Below are positions 1-8,785 of a stretch of 20,000 nucleotides of DNA, piece after piece. The position numbers were made by a program, and so were the translations under genes. The DNA is from an uncultured virus (IMG/VR IMGVR_UViG_3300026116_000038) (taxonomy: Duplodnaviria > Heunggongvirae > Uroviricota > Caudoviricetes): the IMG/VR virus record IMGVR_UViG_3300026116_000038. The stretch is one strand, 5' to 3'. Under the pieces are notes generated by a model. That model was not told the DNA's origin. It saw only the letters and a program-made list of their open reading frames with translations, and ran no database searches. Within the stretch, counting starts at the first letter, position 1. Each line of letters begins with the position of its first letter.

Positions 1-2
1 GT

Positions 3-1274
3 AAAAATGCCACGCTTGTTTGGAAAATTAAACAAGAAGGCGGTACTTTAGTTACTGAACATGGTCAATTAGATGGGGCCATGCAAACATTTTCAGATAA
101 GCCGGGAGATAAAGGAAAGGCTGGTACTAAAGCTTATTTATCACCTGTAGATAATTGTTCCTTCCATGTTTTAAGAGAAATTCGAAAAAAGGAAGAAGCA
201 GGATATTCAGAATTTATTGATGGTAAATATGTAACTGAAGTTGCTACATCTATAGATTTTAATAAAGTTTTACCTAAAAATTTTACAGGATATAAGCCGC
301 AAACGGATATTTCTGAATCTACTTTAGAAAAAATTCATAAGGCAGGTAAAGCTAGATATACAAGGAAGTTTGATGGACAACAACATGCATTAGTAAAACA
401 TCCTTGGGGTTGGGAAATTTATTCTCGCCGTATGGATTTAAATACTGAAAAGTTTCCTAATCATATTATTGAATTAGATAATTTTGATATTCCTGTAGGT
501 ACTATTCTTGTAGGCGAGATGGTTTGTCAACGAGAAGATGGAACTGATAATTTTAAAGCTACTTCTAGAGTTTGTAGATCGGATGCTGAGGTAGCTAGAA
601 AATTAGTTGAGGATAAAGAAGTTCCAGAACCATTATATTTAATTTTTGATATGCTTTTTTATGATGGAAAAGAGTTATCAGATGTTACTTATGACGATCG
701 TGCTAAAATTTGGAGAGAATTTAAAGGTAATCTAATTAATCCGGTTACTTATCACGATATAAATCCTAATAATTGGATGGAAATTGCTAAAGAAAATCGT
801 TGGGAAGGATTTGTTATTACTGATGGGGATAGTAAACCAGGAGATAAATTCTTTTCTTTTGATGGTACTGCACAAAGACCAAAAGGACATCATAAATTAA
901 AACCAGAATCGAATACAGATTGTGTTGTATTTGCGGCAGCTTCAGGATCTGGTAAGAGGATGGGGCAGGTTGGAGCCGTATTTGTAAAGCAAATTCATCC
1001 AGAAACTGGGGAATTTTTTAATTGCGGCAAGGTGGGGTCAGGTTTTACGGAAAATGATATTGACGAGATGACAAAAATGTGTAAGGATAGGGGTATCCCA
1101 ATTTTTGAAAAGGATAAGGACGCATTAAAAATTGATCTTCAAGACACATCTCATGATATTGTTGTTGAAGTGAAATTTTCTGAACGTCAAGAGGATACTA
1201 ATAAATTTCGTTTTCCGGTTTTTATAAGAATCCATGGCGATAAAAAGCCGTTAGAGTGCGTAGCAGATGTATAG
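3..1274 (+). CDS. lig: ATP-dependent DNA ligase, 5' end lies upstream of the window
   Basis: Motif I RKFDG, III ILVGEMV, IIIa YLIFDMLFYDG, IV WEGFVI, V KLKP, OB-fold KVGSGF and VI RFPVFIRIHGDK. The frame is open from nt 3 (KNATLVWKIKQEGGTLVTEHGQLDGAMQ), so ATG 81 is probably not the true start. Confidence 0.93.
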   Translation, partial: KNATLVWKIKQEGGTLVTEHGQLDGAMQTFSDKPGDKGKAGTKAYLSPVDNCSFHVLREIRKKEEAGYSEFIDGKYVTEVATSIDFNKVLPKNFTGYKPQTDISESTLEKIHKAGKARYTRKFDGQQHALVKHPWGWEIYSRRMDLNTEKFPNHIIELDNFDIPVGTILVGEMVCQREDGTDNFKATSRVCRSDAEVARKLVEDKEVPEPLYLIFDMLFYDGKELSDVTYDDRAKIWREFKGNLINPVTYHDINPNNWMEIAKENRWEGFVITDGDSKPGDKFFSFDGTAQRPKGHHKLKPESNTDCVVFAAASGSGKRMGQVGAVFVKQIHPETGEFFNCGKVGSGFTENDIDEMTKMCKDRGIPIFEKDKDALKIDLQDTSHDIVVEVKFSERQEDTNKFRFPVFIRIHGDKKPLECVADV

Positions 1275-1383
1275 TACTGCAAATTCGTTACGTGACTAAC
1301 TGACATATATAAGCCATTTCGCTACATGCATTTTTTCCACACACCTTACCTCACCTCAGAAAAACCGTAATGATTTTGAATAG

Positions 1384-1412
1384 TTCACTTTTGGCACAGA
1401 ATATGCTAAAGT
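1384..1412 (+). promoter_or_regulatory. Putative sigma70 promoter with extended -10
   Basis: TTCACT-17 bp-TAAAGT with TGn before the -10; AGGAG SD upstream of ATG 1446. Confidence 0.4.
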
Positions 1413-1445
1413 TGGGATCGTCCTCAATAGGAGAATTGATTTCAA

Positions 1446-1748
1446 ATGAAAATGTTCGGAGTACATTGCCTGCTTTGTCAAGGTGATTTAGAAATATTAC
1501 AGATAGTAAATGGTGGACTTCATACCAAGTGCACAAATTGTGGCCATATTGGTCGTCCAGAAATTCGTCAAATAAATAATACAATTTATTCAAATTTTAC
1601 TAGAAATCCGAAAAATCCAAGAAAAGCTGTAGACGTTCAGTATTCTAGAAGTAATAGACCTTTTTCTCCTCCGCAATCGAGTAAAACTCCTAGTGGAACG
1701 TGGAATAAGGATTCATTTTTACCAGCTTCTTATAAAAAAATAGGATAA
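1446..1748 (+). CDS. Zinc-ribbon protein with basic, low-complexity tail
   Basis: CLLC...CTNCGH pair; AGGAG SD; Ser/Pro/Lys-rich C-terminus. Confidence 0.7.
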   Translation: MKMFGVHCLLCQGDLEILQIVNGGLHTKCTNCGHIGRPEIRQINNTIYSNFTRNPKNPRKAVDVQYSRSNRPFSPPQSSKTPSGTWNKDSFLPASYKKIG

Positions 1749-1783
1749 TATATCTAAAATATGATTGGATATATAAATGATGA

Positions 1784-2599
1784 ATGGATTCACCTTTTAA
1801 TAATAGACATGATAAATATGAATCTATCTATGATCTTCAAATTATAGATAGAATTCCTATAATTATAAGAGTAAATGGAAGAAATTTTTCTCGTCTAACA
1901 CGAAGATTAGATCGTCCATATTGTATTAAATTAATCAATGTATTTAAAAATACATTATTACAAACTATTCAAGTAATAGATGATGCTATATTTGGTTTTC
2001 AATATAGTGATGAATTTACTTTTGTCTTAAGAAATGATAGATCATACGAATATCAACCTTGGTGTCAAAATAAAGTACAAGATATCGCTAGTGTAATATC
2101 TAGTATGATATCAATTAATTTTTTTAAAAATTTGGTTTTAGAAGATGATTTAAATGAACTTGATGGCGATGCTATTTTTAAAACAAAAGTATTTGCTATG
2201 CCCTCTATTAATGAGGCAGTTCATCATATAATATTAAAACAGCAATTATGCTATGGTGACGCTGTATTTAGAGCGGCAAATGCAGAATTTACTAAAATAT
2301 ATGGAAAAACTGAAGCGAATAAAAGATTATTTGGCAAAAATTTAGATGAACAAATAGAATTATTACAATCTGAGTGTAATATTGATTATGAAAATTATCC
2401 TAAAGCATATAGATTTGGAATTGGAGCTTATAAAGTTCCTAAAATAATAAAAACTATAGATGGTGAAATTCAAAAAAATAAATGGATAATAGACTCAAAT
2501 CTTCCTAGTTTTATTTTAGATAAAAGTTTTTTAAGTAATATAATATATTCTGGAGTTGACATTATTCGTGCTAATAGAGATATTAAAATAGACGATTGA
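1784..2599 (+). CDS. Thg1-like (tRNA-His guanylyltransferase / 3'-5' polymerase family) protein, divergent
   Basis: PIIIRVNGRNFSRLT matches the IRxDGxxF motif with D->N; FQYSDEFTF matches the SDE motif; KVQDIASVISS and YENYPKAYRFG resemble Thg1 segments. Confidence 0.85.
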   Translation: MDSPFNNRHDKYESIYDLQIIDRIPIIIRVNGRNFSRLTRRLDRPYCIKLINVFKNTLLQTIQVIDDAIFGFQYSDEFTFVLRNDRSYEYQPWCQNKVQDIASVISSMISINFFKNLVLEDDLNELDGDAIFKTKVFAMPSINEAVHHIILKQQLCYGDAVFRAANAEFTKIYGKTEANKRLFGKNLDEQIELLQSECNIDYENYPKAYRFGIGAYKVPKIIKTIDGEIQKNKWIIDSNLPSFILDKSFLSNIIYSGVDIIRANRDIKIDD

Positions 2600-2796
2600 A
2601 TTTCCATTTTGGCTGATAAATTTGAAAAATTAGCCAAAAATCGTGGATATTGTGTATACCCTGCAGAATTTTCAAAAAATTCAAATAATAAAAACCATAT
2701 TCTGATAAATAATAAAATCAAGCTAGAAACGCTTTAGCTAAAGTGAATCAATATTCTTCTGTTCCTGAGTGGTATTCTGGCACCCTTAAGAAATGA
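2600..2796 (+). pseudogene. Frameshifted remnant of a small hypothetical protein
   Basis: ISILADKFEKLAKNRGYCVYPAE...HILINNK continues in another frame as NQARNALAKVNQYSSVPEWYSGTLKK*. One extra A in the A-run near 2714-2717 would join them. No start codon is evident. Confidence 0.4.
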
Positions 2797-2800
2797 CAAA

Positions 2801-3034
2801 AATGCCCTTGTCAATATAGTTGGCAGCGGTTACATTTCTAAATATAAATTTGTATTAAAAATTGCAGAAATGTTTAATTATAATTCTAATTTGATTAAAC
2901 CTATAAAATTTCATTTATTAAATAAACCAGCTAACAAACCATTATTAGCCGGATGATTTACTGATCTTATAGAAAATTTAATTGGCAGAAAAATGTTGCA
3001 TTTTGCAGATGGTCTTAAAATAATTAATTTTTAA
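2801..3034 (+). pseudogene. C-terminal fragment of an RmlD-like (dTDP-4-dehydrorhamnose reductase) SDR gene with an internal TGA
   Basis: Translates as VNIVGSGYISKYKFVLKIAEMFNYNSNLIKPIKFHLLNKPANKPLLAG*FTDLIENLIGRKMLHFADGLKII, resembling the RmlD C-terminus (SxYEFAxxIA...IKP...PAxRP...LG...xxGL). TGA at 2954-2956; no N-terminal Rossmann part. Confidence 0.6.
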
Positions 3035-3086
3035 TTATTTTTATATTTTCACTTTAAAATAAAAATGAATAAAATGGCATTAGTAT

Positions 3087-3311
3087 ATGCGGCATTCATC
3101 TGCGGCAAGACTTCCAGTATATTTTATTCGAAATCGTCACACATGGATTGATTATCTCTCTAGTAACGGTTATAATAAAGCAAAATGTGCTGATTGTGGT
3201 TTAATTGCAATGCAGGACAAAGGTAGTTTAGGATACTTTGTTGCCGAGAACGAAGATCATGATGCATATTTAAGTTGCGAGCAGTTGATCATTAAAAATA
3301 TAATAGAATAA
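3087..3311 (+). CDS. Small putative Zn-binding protein (H-x-W...CxxC...C) with C-terminal IIKxIIE motif
   Basis: HTW, CADC, ends LSCEQLIIKNIIE; same architecture as ORFs 12150 and 12531. Confidence 0.75.
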   Translation: MRHSSAARLPVYFIRNRHTWIDYLSSNGYNKAKCADCGLIAMQDKGSLGYFVAENEDHDAYLSCEQLIIKNIIE

Positions 3312-3412
3312 CTTTTTTTTAAAATACGTTTCAGACCCTAGACAATTTAAACTTTAAGACTTAATTGTTAATTACGACGATACGTTTATAAAAACCCAAG
3401 AAAGAAAAGAAA

Positions 3413-4828
3413 ATGCTAACTGATGTACCTGAAATTGATCAAGCAGACCTTCAAAATATTTATAGCTATGCCATTGATAGTGGCACCAACGTCTTAATTT
3501 TAGGCCCTTCTGGTGGTGGAAAAACTCAAATGTGTTTTTCCGTTATCGCTAAGAAAAAATGCCGGCCGATTTACATCAATATGTCAGTACTAGAGCGTGT
3601 TGATTTTCAAGGTTTACCTGTTATTTCTGATGATAATAAAACTGTAAATTATGCCTGTCCTGACTTTTTACCTTTCGTTGATGTTAAAGTTCGAAAGCAA
3701 AAAGAAGCCATAAATACAATGATTTCTTGGCTAAATAAACAGCCAAATAAAAATATTGATTCTTTAGATAAATTTGATGCAATTAAATTTCTTGAAGGTG
3801 AAATTTCTAAAATTGATGCGGAAGAAGAAATCAAGCTTCTAAAGCAATCTGCTAATTCATTACCTAATAACGAAACTTTTAATGAATTAAAGGGTAGAAT
3901 TAACGGATTAGATCAATCAGTTAATGAGGAAACTCCTATTGTCATTATGTTTGATGAAGTTGATAAGGGTATGACTGAAGTTTTAAATACCCTGTTAGAA
4001 TTTTTGCAATTTGGATCAATTAATGGTCGTAAATTAAATATTCGTACTTGCATTATGACAGCTAACATGCCTGACGAATTTGCGCATTCAAATCAAATTT
4101 CTCATGCTATTACTAAGCGCGGGTTAACTTTTCAACTAAAGTTAAATTTTGAACAATGGGTTTCTTGGGCTGTCAATAATGGTATTAGTCCATTGATTAC
4201 CGGCTTCTTACGTCAAAATAATTCTTATCTATACAAGACGGCTAATGGTGATGATACAGCTTATGCTTTACCATCTCCTAGAACTTGGGAAATTGCTAAT
4301 AAAGTTATTAAATTCTTCGAAAAGGAAAAAGAAGAAAATATTAATGAAGAATTGCGTTTGAAATTAGTTTCAGGGGCTGTTGGTTCTACTGCTGCAATTC
4401 ATTTTAATAATTGGTATAAGCATTATCATCAACTTGATCCATTTATTAATGATTTAATGGAAAAGGGTGTTTATCCAACTAAAACCAAACCAGATATGGC
4501 TACTGAAGATATTTTTATCTGCGCTTTGTCTGCTTGTTCTAAAGTTGAATCTGTACTTAAGCCTGATAATCGTCCACAAATTGAAAAATATGTAAAAAAT
4601 GCTTTTAATTGGTTAGCTACGTTACCGCCTGATGTTCAAGTTGGATCTATTCGTATGGTTTTTGGTGGTAATTTTAATGCTTCTAAAGGTCTTGAAGGTG
4701 TAATTCAAAAGTATAAGTTATCTGAAATACCTGAATTTACCAATGTGTTTATTGATATTGATAAGAATTTTAGGAAATGGGAGAAATTAAATGCTGAACG
4801 ATCCGCAGAACTTAGTAAGTCAAAGTGA
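3413..4828 (+). CDS. MoxR/dynein-related AAA+ ATPase with a large helical insert
   Basis: Walker A GPSGGGKT, DFQGLP, Walker B IMFDEVDK, sensor-1 MTAN, AITKR Arg finger, PSPRTWE; overlaps the downstream VWA gene by 38 nt. Confidence 0.9.
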   Translation: MLTDVPEIDQADLQNIYSYAIDSGTNVLILGPSGGGKTQMCFSVIAKKKCRPIYINMSVLERVDFQGLPVISDDNKTVNYACPDFLPFVDVKVRKQKEAINTMISWLNKQPNKNIDSLDKFDAIKFLEGEISKIDAEEEIKLLKQSANSLPNNETFNELKGRINGLDQSVNEETPIVIMFDEVDKGMTEVLNTLLEFLQFGSINGRKLNIRTCIMTANMPDEFAHSNQISHAITKRGLTFQLKLNFEQWVSWAVNNGISPLITGFLRQNNSYLYKTANGDDTAYALPSPRTWEIANKVIKFFEKEKEENINEELRLKLVSGAVGSTAAIHFNNWYKHYHQLDPFINDLMEKGVYPTKTKPDMATEDIFICALSACSKVESVLKPDNRPQIEKYVKNAFNWLATLPPDVQVGSIRMVFGGNFNASKGLEGVIQKYKLSEIPEFTNVFIDIDKNFRKWEKLNAERSAELSKSK

Positions 4829-6245
4829 TTTTGATCGTTTAAACGAAAAAATCTCTGCAGCTAAAAGCATAATGGCCCGAAGTGTTGATCACGGAGGTAT
4901 GCCATTTGTTTACTCCTTTATTGCTACTAAAAAGCATTATCTAGACGATTTTACTAAAATTGGTAGAGGTAAAAAATCTCAATCAGAAGATGGTAAAACC
5001 GATGGAGCTGGTTTAGAAAAAGTTGAAGGTACTGCTGCAACTAATGGTAAGAAATATTTCTGGTATCCTGCGTTTTTAGAAAAATTATCAATTAATGAAT
5101 TAAAGATAATTTTTTGTCATGAAACGTATCACATTATGATGCAGCATTGTAATCCATTGAGATCTTTTGGAAAGAATCATGGAATTTGGAATTTAGCTGT
5201 TGATTATGTAGTTAATGCATCTATTGAACATGATTTCAGATGCAATAATGGAGACAGAAATAATTTCACAGCTAATTGTGAAGCTGCTTACAAAAATAAA
5301 ACAGAACATCCTATTTGGAATGGTAATCTTCATAAACCATATGTATTAGCTGATTTAATTGCTGATATTTTATCTTATAAAGGTTTATCAGAAGAAGAAA
5401 AAAATAAAAAACTAGAAGCGGAAAAGAAGAGTAATAATAAATGTACTTTTGTTGATTTTACTCTTTATAAACGTTCTCCAGAATCTATTTATGAAGAAAT
5501 AATGAATGCATATAAATCATCAGGTTTATCTGATGGTGATTTAAATGATTTAATGGATTCATATCTAACAAATGATTCTCATTTAGATTCTGATTTAGAT
5601 AAAAAGGCAATTTTTGAAGAGTTGTTAAGTGCAGCTACCGCCTCTAGGAAAATGTATGGTACTATTCCTGGTTGTCTTGAGGATACTTTAAATGAATTAG
5701 AAAATCCTAAACTTAAGTGGGAAGATATTTGTAGACAAAGTTTACAATATACCCGTCAAGAGTTTGGGGGTAGAAACGATTGGTGTCGATTTAGAAGGAA
5801 GTCTATACCTTTAGGTTTATATATTCCTAAGAAAAAAGATCAATTTATTCGATGGTTATGTTTACTGGATACTTCTGGTAGCATGTCTTTGGATGATATG
5901 ACTTATGGAGTTTCTCAACTAAAAGTATTAGATAGTAGATCTGAGGGTATTGTTGTACCAGTAGATGCCGAACCCCATTGGAATAAAATGGTTAAGATTA
6001 AATCAATGTTTGATCTTCCCAAAATCAATTTGGCTGGCCGGGGTGGAACAGTATTTGATGAATTTTTCGACACCTATCAAAAACGAATCAAAGAACGAAT
6101 TGATTTAATTATTGTAATTACTGATGGAGGTTTTCATTTAAATTGTAAAACTCCACCTGTAGATACAGTATTTGTAATTACTAACCAACATATGCCAGAA
6201 GTTCCATTTGGAAGAGTTGCACCATTAAGGTCAATTAATACTTAA
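4791..6245 (+). CDS. DUF2201-type HExxH metallopeptidase-like domain fused to a VWA domain
   Basis: TAATNG, HETYH (HExxH), WNLAVDYVVN; MIDAS DTSGSMS, GRGGT, ITDG. Confidence 0.9.
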   Translation: MLNDPQNLVSQSDFDRLNEKISAAKSIMARSVDHGGMPFVYSFIATKKHYLDDFTKIGRGKKSQSEDGKTDGAGLEKVEGTAATNGKKYFWYPAFLEKLSINELKIIFCHETYHIMMQHCNPLRSFGKNHGIWNLAVDYVVNASIEHDFRCNNGDRNNFTANCEAAYKNKTEHPIWNGNLHKPYVLADLIADILSYKGLSEEEKNKKLEAEKKSNNKCTFVDFTLYKRSPESIYEEIMNAYKSSGLSDGDLNDLMDSYLTNDSHLDSDLDKKAIFEELLSAATASRKMYGTIPGCLEDTLNELENPKLKWEDICRQSLQYTRQEFGGRNDWCRFRRKSIPLGLYIPKKKDQFIRWLCLLDTSGSMSLDDMTYGVSQLKVLDSRSEGIVVPVDAEPHWNKMVKIKSMFDLPKINLAGRGGTVFDEFFDTYQKRIKERIDLIIVITDGGFHLNCKTPPVDTVFVITNQHMPEVPFGRVAPLRSINT

Positions 6246-6256
6246 TTGAATTTCAT

Positions 6257-7027
6257 ATGATTATTTGTCATGGTTCTGATTGGCATGGTTGTCAATATAA
6301 AATTCCGTTAGATATATCAGGTAAAAACTATGAAGTTGTTACTCTATTTCCAAAAATAGATAAAGATTTTGATGTTTTTGTAATGACTGGAGATTTTCTT
6401 CCTAATAAAATTTGGGGAGCCAATCGAAATAAACATAAACTTGAAAAAGAAAAACATTTTCAAGCTGATTGGCTTCGTAAACAAGCTAAATCATTACAAG
6501 AATGTATTAAAAATAAACCTTTTCTATTTTGTGGCGGTAATCATGACTTTATTAATCCTTGCCGTATTCTTCAAGAATGTGGAATAAATGCGATTGATTT
6601 AACTGATAAAGTTGTAGATTTTATGGGTTTTACCTGGTATGGATTTCCTTATATTCCTGTTATGGAATATAATTGGAATTATGAAAAAAATTTAGAACAA
6701 ATGCAATATGAAGGATCTATGATGATTAATAGATTAAAAGATTCTAATAAATTAGATTCTTTAGATATTATTGCTGCTCATTGTCCTTTGCATGGAATTT
6801 TAGATAAAGCTTCTAATGAAAATATTGGAAATTCAGTAATGAATTCTCTGGTATCATATAAATTACCAAGGCTTCCAAAATTGTATTTGTGCGGTCATAA
6901 TCATGAAGATGGTGGTAAATTCACTTATTTAAATGGTTTAGATCGAACAACTGAAAGTATGTTCATTTCTAACGCTGCTACTACATACCGCATAATTGAT
7001 CTTGACAATATGCCTGCATGTGCTTAA
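6257..7027 (+). CDS. Calcineurin-like metallophosphoesterase (Icc/MPPED-like)
   Basis: SDWHG, TGDF, GNHD, AHCP and CGHNHE motifs. Confidence 0.9.
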   Translation: MIICHGSDWHGCQYKIPLDISGKNYEVVTLFPKIDKDFDVFVMTGDFLPNKIWGANRNKHKLEKEKHFQADWLRKQAKSLQECIKNKPFLFCGGNHDFINPCRILQECGINAIDLTDKVVDFMGFTWYGFPYIPVMEYNWNYEKNLEQMQYEGSMMINRLKDSNKLDSLDIIAAHCPLHGILDKASNENIGNSVMNSLVSYKLPRLPKLYLCGHNHEDGGKFTYLNGLDRTTESMFISNAATTYRIIDLDNMPACA

Positions 7028-7030
7028 ATT
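7002..7030 (+). promoter_or_regulatory. Putative sigma70 promoter
   Basis: TTGACA-17 bp-TAAATT upstream of ORF 7098. Confidence 0.55.
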
Positions 7031-7097
7031 TATTACTGTATGAATAAGTTAAATAGTATAACTTATAGTTTACGAATATAAACAGGTATAAATAAAA

Positions 7098-7562
7098 ATG
7101 CAACGTGCACGAATTAATATGTATCCGAAAGAAGATGATGATAAAGAAATTTATTATTTAGGAAAATTAAAAAGTCCAATTACCATAAATTTCAAAAATG
7201 GTGTGGCTTTTATGTTATATCCTGATGATGAATTTCCAGAACTTCATTTTTGTCCAATTGATCACCCCGATATTTCAGATGTTTTTCAATATTATGGTGT
7301 TCGCAGGTCTAATCCAAATAGAACTAAACATGGAAATTTACCTATAGAACTAAGTCTTAGGTATGAAAAAGATCCTAAGCCTGGAAATAAACCAAAAAGA
7401 TTTTATATTGGCAGAATTCAATTTGATGGATACTTGGACTGTTCTAATGGCGTTGTATTTTTAGCTTTCATTTCTGATGAAGGTGAAGAAGAATTACAAA
7501 TAGCCGTAGTAGATCCAGAAAAAAATTACGTTAAAAAAGCACAACGGGTAGAAAGAAAATAA
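7098..7562 (+). CDS. Hypothetical protein made of two tandem homologous domains
   Basis: YYLGKLKSPITINFKNGVAFMLYPDDEFPELHF aligns with FYIGRIQFDGYLDCSNGVVFLAFISDEGEEELQI. Confidence 0.75.
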   Translation: MQRARINMYPKEDDDKEIYYLGKLKSPITINFKNGVAFMLYPDDEFPELHFCPIDHPDISDVFQYYGVRRSNPNRTKHGNLPIELSLRYEKDPKPGNKPKRFYIGRIQFDGYLDCSNGVVFLAFISDEGEEELQIAVVDPEKNYVKKAQRVERK

Positions 7563-7563
7563 A

Positions 7564-8151
7564 ATGTCATTAAATAAAATAAAAAATGAGAATTCTAAAA
7601 TGAAATTAACTAATCAGAGATCTGGTAAAGAAACTGAAGTGAATTCAAATATTCGTATTTCGTATTTTACAGTTCATACGAATAAAGGTATTGGATATGT
7701 TTGTGTTGCTTTATTAAGACCAGAAAAAGGCTCTACTAGTAATTCTTATCGGGCGGCTTTTTCTTCGTATTCTCCGTTAGATAACAAATCTTTTTCTAAA
7801 GTAAATGCCCGAAATGCTGCTATTGGTCGATTACTTTGTTGGCGAACTGATCGAAAAGATGTAACTGGAAAACAATGTGAAACAAATCCGCGTTTAGAGT
7901 TCAATTACGTGGATTATGATATTCAGACAGAGAAGAAATTGAACTTGAAGGATGTTTTCGTTCAAGCTTTAAATTTAGCTATGCACAACCGTAATGTTCC
8001 TAGTTGGGTTGAGCGATCTTCATTTATCGCATATGGGTTAGACCCGGTTATGGTGACTTCTATTGATGCGCCAAGTCCTGTTGTTTTTACGCGAGAATCA
8101 CGAAATAAGTTAAAAAAACAACTTAACGGTCTTGACAATAAAGCAGTTTAA
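7564..8151 (+). CDS. Hypothetical phage protein (alternative start ATG 7600)
   Basis: 195-aa ORF tightly packed between neighbours; no confident family assignment. Confidence 0.7.
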   Translation: MSLNKIKNENSKMKLTNQRSGKETEVNSNIRISYFTVHTNKGIGYVCVALLRPEKGSTSNSYRAAFSSYSPLDNKSFSKVNARNAAIGRLLCWRTDRKDVTGKQCETNPRLEFNYVDYDIQTEKKLNLKDVFVQALNLAMHNRNVPSWVERSSFIAYGLDPVMVTSIDAPSPVVFTRESRNKLKKQLNGLDNKAV

Positions 8152-8160
8152 ATCCATTAT
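8132..8160 (+). promoter_or_regulatory. Putative sigma70 promoter
   Basis: TTGACA-17 bp-CATTAT; the TTG called as an ORF start at 8132 is this -35 box. Confidence 0.45.
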
Positions 8161-8203
8161 GAGTAGTAACAGGGCAAAAACCCAAGTAAAGGAAAAAATT
8201 AAA

Positions 8204-8704
8204 ATGTCTGAAATTCTAAATAATCAAAATTTGCGAACTGTTCAAAGTCTTTATACAATTTCTCCGGATTTTCGAAATCAATTCGATAAGCTGGTAAAGA
8301 CTGAAATTGCTAAGGCTAAGGATTTCTTGAATAAGTTGTCATTTGATGGCGTTGAAAAACAAGAAGCGCCAGAAGCTCCTACAAAGAAGCGTGGTCGTCC
8401 GGCTGGTTCCAAGAATAAGGCTCCAGCAAAGCCTAAGAAGGAAAAGAAACCTGAAGGGCAAGAACCAGCAAGTGCTCGTGAAAATGGAGATGTAACGCAT
8501 AAAGCTGCCATTTTGGCCGCTCTAACTACATCTGCTGATGGGCTTTCAGCTGGACAAATTCTTGAAGCTATTACGGCGGCAAAGCATAAGCGCTATACTC
8601 CGCCAACTAAGGCTACTCTCTATACTACACTAAATGGTATGAAAAATGATGGTGTGGTTAATATGATTGGTGAGCGGCCGAATACTAAATATGTTGTAGC
8701 GTGA
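8204..8704 (+). CDS. AT-hook + winged-helix DNA-binding protein (nucleoid-associated-like)
   Basis: KKRGRPAGSKNK AT-hook, Lys/Pro/Ala linker, C-terminal THKAAILAAL...GLSAGQILEAI...TLYTTLNGMKNDGVV wHTH pattern; AAGGA SD before ATG 8204. Confidence 0.75.
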   Translation: MSEILNNQNLRTVQSLYTISPDFRNQFDKLVKTEIAKAKDFLNKLSFDGVEKQEAPEAPTKKRGRPAGSKNKAPAKPKKEKKPEGQEPASARENGDVTHKAAILAALTTSADGLSAGQILEAITAAKHKRYTPPTKATLYTTLNGMKNDGVVNMIGERPNTKYVVA

Positions 8705-8730
8705 TTTTATATACTACAAAAGTATATCTG

Positions 8731-8770
8731 AAAAAAGGCTAGATGATATAAGCTCATCTAGCCTTTTTTT
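8731..8770 (+). terminator. Rho-independent terminator, potentially bidirectional
   Basis: AAAAAAGGCTAGATGA-tataagc-TCATCTAGCCTTTTTTT: perfect stem flanked by A and T tracts. Confidence 0.9.
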
Positions 8771-8785
8771 ATTTTAAGGAATTAA

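Noticed and set aside
1275..1380. C-rich tract ccacacaccttacctcacctc as an anti-SD small RNA, tRNA or minus-strand peptide
   Set aside because: No cloverleaf or stable hairpin seen, and the minus-strand frames downstream of the SD-like sequence stop early or are unsupported.
1351..1593. Minus-strand 80-aa ORF
   Set aside because: Antisense shadow of the zinc-ribbon gene with no motifs.
2470..2721. Minus-strand 83-aa ORF
   Set aside because: Overlaps the Thg1-like gene in antisense; no recognisable features.
3339..3367. sigma70 promoter for the AAA+ operon (TAGACA...)
   Set aside because: Poor -10 match at 17-bp spacing; cannot be distinguished from AT-rich background.
3649..3834. Minus-strand 61-aa ORF
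   Set aside because: Lies entirely within the AAA+ gene in antisense.
3683..3934. Intein in the AAA+ ATPase
   Set aside because: No N-terminal Cys/Ser block or C-terminal His-Asn; the insert looks helical.
8278..8511. Minus-strand 77-aa ORF
   Set aside because: Antisense shadow of the GC-richer AT-hook gene.
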